Shown one piece after another: positions 55,192-64,000 of a stretch of 64,000 bases of DNA. Under the pieces are notes generated by a model that saw only the letters and a list, made by a program, of their open reading frames with translations, was not told the DNA's origin and searched no databases. A program made the position numbers and the translations under genes. The stretch's first letter is position 1. Every line of letters starts with the position of its first letter. Source of the stretch: Okamejei kenojei (Eukaryota); NCBI GenBank assembly GCA_035221665.1, contig CM069146.1, positions 10,230,001 through 10,294,000 on the forward strand, in the 5' to 3' direction.

Positions 55192-55507
55192 AGGGCCTGT
55201 CCAACTGTATGAGGTAATTCAAGTGCTCTCCCGAGTTTAAAAAAAATCAAACTCGTGGTAAGCACGTAGAATGTACGTAGCGGATATGTCGGAGCTCGGG
55301 ACGTCTCTTAGCGGCTCGTAACGCTAACGGCAGGTACTCGGGAAACGCGGTAAGCTCGTGAAGACTCGTGAAGATTTTTCAACATGTTGAAAAATGTCCA
55401 TGAGAGCCCCGAGTACCTACGAGCGGCTTTTACCGTAATTCTCCGAGTTTGAATCAGGGGAAACTCGGGAGAACTCTTGAATTAGCTCGTACAGTGGGAC
55501 AGCCCCT
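55192..55507. mobile_element. PIF/Harbinger-type MITE (CTCG/CGAG-repeat subfamily)
   Basis: TIRs AGGGCCTGTCCAACTGTATGAG / CTCGTACAGTGGGACAGCCCCT; TTA TSD; palindrome ATTTTTCAACATGTTGAAAAAT. Confidence 0.88.
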
Positions 55508-55819
55508 TTACATTGGGCCCTGTTTCAAGCCTTTGAAGACAAATCTTTGCAGCATTTTTGTGAAAATCCTAAGAAGGCTATTAATAGATTTAAATCTTAG
55601 AATGTGACTATTATCTTTACCTGACAGATTTTGGCATTCAATTCTGAAATATTCAGGAGTACTTAATTCAGGCAACTGTGGCAATCATTACTGACCAATC
55701 TGCATACCAAACACAATCATACAAAAAACATCTGTGTTGTTTGAGGATAAGCCTGAGAATAAATGGAGCATGAGAAAGCATTAAAATAAATAATAAAAAG
55801 CCAGGTGCTCTTAACATAC

Positions 55820-55879
55820 CATTGACTAAGCTGGCATTTGTACTATCAGTGGGGTTCCCACCTGCTGCACCATCTGTAC
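55820..55879 (-). CDS. ATP2B2: PMCA2 splice-site-A cassette exon 2 (60 nt), (G)TDGAAGGNPTDSTNASLVN(G)
   Basis: CTTCAG acceptor and G|GTATGT donor; 60 nt, phase 1-1; peptide matches PMCA2 [20 protein letters not shown], which other PMCA paralogs lack. Confidence 0.92.
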
Positions 55880-56504
55880 CTGAAGTAGACAGGGGCTGGG
55901 AAGGAATAGCAGGGGGAGGAGGCTGGGGAGCTGCTACTTGGTGGTAATGGATCAAAAGGAAAAACAAACAGAACAAAAGGAAAACAAAAATGAAATGAAT
56001 TAATGACTTTTGTTCAAAAATGCATCTTGTAATTTTGCAATAGCAAAACAAAAAGAACTCACGTTATACATGAACAGCACACAATTTTTTAAGCAAGCAA
56101 TCCTACAACAAAGGACAAATTTATCACTTGAATGGATTAAATCATTAACATGAAGCATGTGGAAATATCTGAAGCTCTATTAGTGAACAGATTCATCACA
56201 TAAGACACAAAAACATGTGATAGCACAACAAGCCCAGATTTGAGAGGCACTAGTTGATAGTTTTGTGCACTAGTCGATATATCATCCGAAGACTATCAGC
56301 AAGCTTTCCTGTGACAGTGTAGAGCAGCAAGGGCTAAAGCTAAGTTGGAAAACAGTGTTGAAACACGAGTGCGATAGCCATGATTGAGCCAGTTAGACAG
56401 TGAGAAAGGAAGCCAAGGCCCCTTGCTGCAGCCCTGTTGTAATGGATTCCAAAATTAGTCAAGCTGATTAGTGCACTCCCACAGCGAGTTAGTGCGTACG
56501 ATAC

Positions 56505-56537
56505 CTGGCAATCGGCGTCCTTCTTCTTTTGCTCGAC
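56505..56537 (-). CDS. ATP2B2: PMCA2 splice-site-A cassette exon 1 (33 nt), (G)RAKEEGRRLP(G)
   Basis: ACACAG acceptor and G|GTATCG donor; 33 nt, phase 1-1; ends in LP like the mammalian 33-nt site-A exon (GVKKGDGLQLP); lies just upstream of the 60-nt exon. Confidence 0.8.
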
Positions 56538-58296
56538 CTGTGTTATAATTGGCAAATATTAAGGTGGCGGAAAAGCTAACGCAGATACACACACAACAAT
56601 CAGAACAGTATGCCTTTTTAACAGAACATTTTCTCAGAAATTCATCCATAATTTGTAACATCCTGGTCCCTGCTCAAAAAGAAGGTTGAGTTATTGAATA
56701 AAATAATTGAAAATGAAACTCTTTTTAACTTCTGTCCACCTTCTCCACCATGCTAAAGGACACAGCTGGGATCACCAACATGATGCTGAGACATAAATAC
56801 TGGAGCAACCAGATGTGTGAACAAAAACTTCAATAACCGCTGTCCTCCAAGAACTCAATGATCTTCAGCGATCCCTGGTGAAGAGAATGCTTACATAAAC
56901 TATGGAAGAAGACATGTTATACTCACCTGTAAAATACACCTTGATGAAATATCGGTCATCATTCACTGCAGAGTCCAAAAATAGTGTAACGTGATCAACT
57001 ATTTCTTCTCCACTTACCAAAACCAAAACTTTTCACAGGAACTAACGTCAGTGTAATGAAATAAGGTGAAGCCATGAGGTGCAGATGGTACAATTTTAGT
57101 CAAGTTACTAGAAGAGCAGAATCACAGTAGCTAGGCAGATAGCTGATCACATACCTACGGCATTGGACAATGGCGATAGAGTGATAGGGGTCAACAGTTA
57201 TCATGCTGTAACTGCAGGCCGGTACAGTCGAATGAGGAATCATTCTAATCAGTTGACTTGGGGAACCACATTTGGTCCATATTAACGATGAGGAACTGAG
57301 AATTGGAGAACTGAAAGTTGATATCGGCTGAAGTGATTTGAAGGTAGAATTGTGTAATTAATTTTGAAGTAGTTCACAAGATTTGTAACAGTGATAAAAT
57401 CATAAATAATATTTGTAAACAATATCAATAAAGGTACTAGTTAAAAGTGCCCAAATGATTATTATGAAACATGAACTAATACTCAAACTAATATTAGAAC
57501 GGCACAGGTTGGGGATTAACTCAAGTCTTACAACTTGTGGCCATTGAACCACAAAGATTACATAATGTTATTATTTTTCCACTCATGTTATAAGCTTCTT
57601 CCATACTTAACTAAACTGATCTGCCTTTGAAATTCTGAGCTACGCCTTTGCTCTCTCTTGTCATGTTTTGTAAAATGTGTGCCTGGGTACATGTTCGTGT
57701 TCAGTTTCTTTGTAAACTTGAAATTATCTAAAACTGTGTTGACTAGGTCCTAACTTGCAAAAAGTCCAATGCAGTCCTTTGTTTTCTGTCCCACAATGAT
57801 ATTCAGTTGACCATTTATATCCTTGCTTTCAATTCTCTCTATACTCTCTCATCCATTCCTATCCTCTTCCATATTATCTTTAGCCCCACTAGCCTTTGAG
57901 ATACCAATATTCCTCAAATCCTGGCCTTTAGCTCATTCACACATTAACTGCTCCATTATTGGCAGCCCTTCTTTACAGTTCTAAACGTTGAAGTGCCCTT
58001 TCTGATTCTCCCTTCTCCCTGCTTTTCATTGCTCACTTAAGAAGCTTCTTAAAGCCTACTTTCTTGAACAAGCTTTAGGTCATTTGATTTTGCATCTAAT
58101 TCGTGGACTCGGCTTCAGTTTTGGTTTGATCACACTTATGTGAAGTGCCTTTTGATGTTATGCTATGTTCAATGCACATTACAACTGGATGGGGTTTTTT
58201 TCAGCTAACTCGGTATTTCAAATTCCAGGATCATAAGGAGATGAAGCCAATTAGGACAACAACATGCAATGTGCCAGATGAAACTAATGGAAGAAA

Positions 58297-58523
58297 CGCT
58301 GGAGTAACTCAACGGGTCAGGCAGCATCTCTGGAGGAAAAACAAATAGGTGACGTTAGGGGTGGAGACCCTTCTTCAGACCTCAAATGATGGAGTCTGAT
58401 ATAGGGCCATGACCCGAAATGTCACCTATTTCTTTTCTTCAAAGATGCTGCCTGACCTGCTGAGTTACTCTAGCATTTTGTGTCTACCTTCGGTGTAAAC
58501 CAGCATCTGCAGTTCCTTCTTAT
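58297..58523. mobile_element. PLE-derived inverted (head-to-head) terminal-repeat pair, both hammerhead cores degenerate
   Basis: Arms about 58297-58380 and 58394-58475 are reverse complements; TSD ACTAATGGAAGAAA / ACTAATTGAAGAAA. Confidence 0.8.
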
Positions 58524-61500
58524 ACTAATTGAAGAAAGAACCTAACAGATGAACCTAACTCAATTACAGCCACAAGAACAAGGCTTCGACAAAGGATCAA
58601 CTCCCTGAAATTAAACAGTGTAATTTTGGATTAACACGATAAATCTCAAGAAGGAAGTTTATGATTGCAATCTATTACACTGATATCTATATGGTAAACG
58701 GCTCCTCATGCATTTTGGAAATAAACTGCAGGTTAATTTGAGAGAAAGTGGTGATGCGTTAACTCTGAAAGCGGAATGCACACTTTATGATTATGCCAAT
58801 TGTATTTGTTATCTGCATTACACTGTCATGCTAGTAGCACTAAAACAATATACTGGATGATAACATATTAAATTTTGTCCTCCTCAGCACTTGATATTTT
58901 CAAAGTGCCAAATTATCCACCAACAAGTGTTGGAGGGAGCTCTCAATAATGGACAACAATTATTGGATTAGGTTGTATGGCACAATTTAATTTATGTGTT
59001 ATGACTCAAAGACACAACGAACAAAACAAAATGTATAGATAACTATTCATATCCCACAAATTACTCCTACATCCTTAAGCTCACCACTCACTATTTGATA
59101 TCATTTGACATTTTTACTGCAGCTTAATGAAGATGATGTGGAGGCAGGTCCATCGCAGAGAGATATCTGTGCTCCAGAGCACCCTGCTCACCCTCTCCCT
59201 CTTACATAAAGTAGAATGATATCACATTATCTCCATCCACCTGTAGTGGGTAACAGCATTGTGTATAAATCAGCACCTGTAGTTCCTTGCATTGCTAAAT
59301 TAGACTGGCCTCGTCTGCCAGCAGTCGATCCATATTTACGTGACAATATAAATGCTTCTTAAATGCCACCGTCATCTGCTTTAATCATAGTGCATTCCCC
59401 TCATTCCAGGCACCTACCACACTGTGTGATCAAGAAACGTGCATATTCTTTAAACTTTCCCTCTCAACTTAAAGCTTTGCCCTCTAGTATTTGACATTTC
59501 CACCCTGGGAAAATGGTTTTGTCTTGCCTATAAACTTCTATCAGGTCTGCTCTCAGCCTCCAATGCTCCAAAGAGAACAATCCAAGGTTGTCCAACCTCT
59601 CCCAATTGCTAATACCCATTAATTAAGGCATCACCCTTGTAAACCTAATTTCTCCCCAATCCCAAATTACCACATCCTTCCAGGAAAGGAGTGGCCAGAA
59701 CAACACACAATATTCTAGATAGATAGATACTTAGAGCTGGAGTAACTCAGTCCTTCAGTCCCGATGCAAAATGTCACCAGAGATGCTGCTTGACCTGCTG
59801 AGATACTCCAGCTTTGTATCTATCTTTGGCTTAAACCAGCATCTGCAGTTCTTTCTTTCCATACAATACTCAATCCACAGTTTTACAAAGCTGCAACATG
59901 ACTTTCCAGACTTGTATTCTCAATGGTCTATCTTATATTCGACACCTCATCTTAAAATCAAACTTGCTTCACCAAATATTTACCTTGACGACTAATACTA
60001 TGAAAAGAACATTTTTCCAAGCTTGAGCTGAAATTGTTTTAATACAACTGATCAATGCTGTTTGCTGCTAAACCTAAACCATAAAGCAACCTACTGGGTC
60101 CAGTAGTGAAGTGGGATCTTTCATCAAAATGTCATCCCCATTGAAATTATTCAATAAAGCAACAATCAAAATAAAAAATCATTTTATGTGTTTGGCCAAC
60201 ATGTTTAGAAGAAAGTATTGTGAAGTGGGTCCTTTCTTTTAAACACTTAAAATTGACGCGATGATCTGAAATGTGGCAGGCTAATTTTATGCACAAACAT
60301 AACAATACTGGACAAAAAAGCATTTGCTTGCAGATACCACCGAGAAATCAATGACAGTCACAATACTTTTACCAGGACGTCAGGAGACATTGTGCAGTTG
60401 GAAAATCCAATAATCTACACAATAAATCATTGTGGTGTACTGTCATCATTCAAAACATTTAGCTGGGTTTTTATTGTCAGCATCTCAAATGCATTGGGAC
60501 TATGCCTCTCACATCTGCAATACACATTGAATCTCACTTTATTACACATCTTTTACGGCGTCTAAAAACACAATTAAATACTATGGATTTTAACCCTAGG
60601 GAGGGGCTGTCAAAACTATGGGTAATTGTCCAAATGTGCCTTGTAAAAGATGGCAATCCACAACTTAATGCCTGGACAATTCACCTTGATTTACACTTGT
60701 TTCTGCACTCACCATGTACTGCACATTCAGTTTATAATGTGCGCTTTTGATGGCTTATGAAAGATTGGTCATATTTTTTGCTTTACCATGGTTAAATCCT
60801 AAATCTGAGCACCACGCACGGTATGTTAGTGCAAGCAACTGAAGACAAACAAATTAATGGGAGACTAATATAAGCCATCAACAGACCTAAGATGACAAAA
60901 GACTGGATCAATTGTTGAATCTAAGATCAGCAAAATGATAAACAGAGTTATTAAATATTTCATAAGATCAAAGAGCACTTCTGCAATTCCAGATCACAAT
61001 ATAGACTAAACTTTGCACTTTCAATTGAATTTTTCATTCATCTACCTCCTTCAAACTTTGACTTCCAATGATGACCCAAATGTATTTCTGTTTGTTACTA
61101 CCCAACAGCCCAACTTGATACAAGCACAGCAGGTACAGTGAGCAGAACCCCACCTGAGAAATGCATGTGAAAGCAATAAGAACAATATTGATCTACTTTA
61201 GGAAGGCATCAAATGGAAAAACATAATATCTGCTCTCTGTATCCTTAACATACATTCTCAAAGCAAGGGACAGAAATGCTTAAGCAACGAAAGGGAGGGA
61301 GCTAAACTAAAACAATTTTGGTTCTAATATACCAAGATATCGACTTCTTTCCTTGGTGATAGTAGATATATTTGTATGCACGGAGCTGCAGGGTATGGCC
61401 TTTGAAGATGAATTTCCTCAGGGCTTCTCCTGTTCTACTATTGCAAAGCTGTGGCATGCTGCACCACTTCAGTTCAGTTACAATCACAAATGCACCCCCG

Positions 61501-62011
61501 TTGTCTCCAGCTAAGCTTCTGAAAGAGGATTCTACTCCTTTAACTCAGATCAGCATACTTTGGGGAGATTACATGTTCGGCTGGCAGTGAATTTGAGATT
61601 GGGACATTGATTTAGATTTCACTTGTTAGGATCATCCTTTCCCCACCCAAGTTTCAAAGCTGCTGCAATAAACCATTGAGGCTGCCGCACGGGCGAACAC
61701 CGCCAAAATGCCTTGTAAAAAAGATACCCTCAGCAATCCTGAGCACAGTCTAGTTAACAGTGTGCACACAACAGATGCAAACATTTAGTTTTGTTGAGCT
61801 TTTGTAGATGGACAATCGTGCCGGTCACAGCTGCAATCCCACTGCTTTGTCTTTGCTTTAAATACCCAGCAGCTATGGGTGAAGTGTTAAAGTAGGAACT
61901 GCAGATGCTGGAGAATCGAGGGTACGCTATGGGTGAAGTATTGATTTAATTCCATTCTCCGTTCAGAAAGTTCACACAAATCGGCATGATATTTGTGAAA
62001 TGAAATGTAAC

Positions 62012-62065
62012 GGGGTGGAAGATTGCAACCTTCACGTGGTCCGCCCAGTTTCGACTAATGCAATC
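62012..62065 (+). ncRNA. HDV-like (nested double pseudoknot) ribozyme, minimal form without a P4 helix
   Basis: P1 GGGGTGG/CCGCCCA; P2 GATTGCA/TGCAATC (7/7); P3 ACC/GGT; L3 TTCACGT; J4/2 A-C-TAA with the putative catalytic C at 62055; element order matches HDV/CPEB3 topology. Confidence 0.8.
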
Positions 62066-62164
62066 AACTCGACATGCACAAACGGAAGATCAAATAGAAC
62101 AAGTTGTCCAACAACTTTAGGCTGTGCACGCCACACGACAGAAGAAGAAGAAGAAGAAGAAGAG
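62012..62164 (+). mobile_element. Short non-autonomous non-LTR retroelement (Ingi/Vingi-like 3' end) with a ribozyme head
   Basis: Perfect 10-bp TSD GAAATGTAAC at 62002-62011 and 62165-62174; (AGA)n tail; family assignment is inferred from the tail only. Confidence 0.75.
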
Positions 62165-62699
62165 GAAATGTAACAACATAGATTTTCTGCTGAATCGCTG
62201 GATTTGCTGCAAGTGAGTGGGAACGAATATGTTTGAAGGTGCAACTCAAACCATGGTGGATTACTGCAATGAGTTGAGGGGATGAACATGAAAAATAAAT
62301 GCTGAAGCACATCAGAGGTTTTAACTATTCTGGAAGCTCAGACAGTATGCAGCTGAGAGAAAAGTCATACAGACTGCTGTTGCCCTCTCCATCAGAAGAA
62401 ACAGCCCGAGGGTAGGTGGAGTAACGACTACACTGCACAGCAGTACTTCTGAAGTGCAATTCAGTTGTTGAACACAACACCAGCTGATTATTTTATGTTA
62501 ACAATGAACCTCTAAGTCATCAGCAATTTAGTCACAGCACTCTAATGCTCGCTAGGCATTTGTGAGCTTCTAATGAAATCTAATGGATAAAACTTTTTTA
62601 GAAGAGTTAAGCAATTAAAAATAAATCGCTGATTTTCTGGTGCAATGTGAAATTTTGCTTAATCCAAGAAATGTAACTGGTTATTGTTAAGCATGAGTA

Positions 62700-63190
62700 G
62701 TGTAGGAAGGAACTGCAGATGCTGGTTTACATTGAAGATAAACACAGAATGCTGGAGTAATTCAGCGGGACAGGAAGCATATCTGACTAGAAGAAATGGG
62801 TGACGTTTTGAGTTGAGACCGTTCTTCAGATTGAGAGTCAGGGGAGAGGGAGACAGAGATACGGAAGGGTAGAAGAGATCCACTGTTAACTGGGGAAGGT
62901 GACAACAAAGCATACACATTTAATCAGGGAGACAGTCAGATTGGTCACAGATCCAGGATGGAGATAGAGGGAAAGAAAGTGTTACATGTAGATAGAGAAG
63001 TCAATGTTCGTACCGCTGGGGTGTGAGCTGCCCAAGCAAAATATGAGGTGCTGTTCTTCCAATTTGCGGTGGGCCTCACTCTGACAGCGGCGGAGGTCCC
63101 GGACAGAAAGGTCAGTGTGAGAATGGGAGGGGGAGTTAAAGTGTTTAGCAACCCGGAGATCGCGTAGGTTTAGGCAGACTGTCCGATCAC
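62700..63190 (-). mobile_element. Penelope-like element 3' fragment: GIY-YIG endonuclease C-terminus plus terminal repeat with a degenerate hammerhead core
   Basis: ORF 62982-63197 contains VAKHFNSPSHSH...RKLEEQHLIFCLGSSHPSGTNIDF, typical of PLE GIY-YIG ends; followed by CTGAAGAACGGTCTCAACTCAAAACGTC and the ...GCATCTGCAGTTCCTTCCTACA end. Confidence 0.85.
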
Positions 63191-64000
63191 TGGCCACCCT
63201 ATTCTATTCCCCCTCTCCGTCACCCCCATTCCTTTAAGAGGGTGTTGCCAGGACTCGTGGGCCTGAGCTATCTTGAGAGGTTGGGCAGGCTAGGACTGTA
63301 TTCCTTTGTGGGCAGCTGGCTGAGGGTTATAAGGTCATGTGGGGATAGGGCGGACAAGATAGATGGGGCCTACTGGTCGGCATGGCAAGTTGGGCCGAAA
63401 GGTCTGATTCCTTGCTGTATGACTCTACATTCCTACTCCAACCATCCATTACTGCACCACTGCCAGATGACAATAACTCTTGTCCTTCCACTCTAACTTA
63501 GCAGCGACCCTAAATGGCCTATGCAGCCAAAGCCGGATATCTAAACTGTATGGTGACTACGGTGAGCATGCTCAGCACATCAGGCTGCATTTGTGGACAT
63601 AAGAAGCTAACACAATTCTTCCAGACTCACATCAGCATGGTACACTGCAGTTTTAAATAGCCTGGCAAGTCACCCAGTATCAAACCGACATGTTTATGAA
63701 GATGATGCATTGTTTCAAGGCATTGAATCAGCATCATTTTCGTAAGGTCAACCAAGGGCAGATAATTAATACTGGACACCAACAAAATCGATGTAAAATC
63801 CCCAGTGGAAATCTCATCAGCTTCCCCTGTCCAGAGGGTGCAGTCTAACATGGTGCTTCTACCATTTTTATTTTACCTTCCAGTTTCAATCTACTCAAAC
63901 ACTTAAAATTGATCAGAAAAAAAATTAATGTGCTTTGTGGAGCTGTCAGAAGTGGTTTGAAATACCCCAGGTCCCTCTAAAAGAATAAGCTATAAGAACA

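Noticed and set aside
57018-57041. Additional 24-nt in-frame microexon (TTAG / G|GTAAGT)
   Set aside because: No polypyrimidine tract, and only 52 nt from the next candidate acceptor

Overview
Eukaryotic (vertebrate) genomic DNA. The repeat landscape (CR1/HER1-type LINE 3' ends, HE1-type V-SINEs, Penelope-like elements) indicates a cartilaginous fish, probably a skate or ray (inference). The minus strand carries six internal exons of a plasma-membrane Ca2+-ATPase. I call it ATP2B2/PMCA2 because it has the PMCA2-diagnostic trio of splice-site-A cassette exons (33, 60, 42 nt), followed by three constitutive exons including the DKTGT phosphorylation motif. I recognise no further PMCA exon from 44,232 back to position 1, so most of the window is probably intron; there is an N gap at 469-620. 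Main finding: a 153-bp, TSD-flanked, (AGA)n-tailed retroelement at 62012-62164 whose first 54 nt fold as a minimal HDV-like ribozyme. Other findings: about ten hammerhead-motif Penelope-derived inserts, a family of PIF/Harbinger-type MITEs sharing a central palindrome, candidate extra site-A splice options in PMCA2, and a possible multi-exon gene nested antisense in the long intron. All calls are by eye; no searches or folding programs were run.
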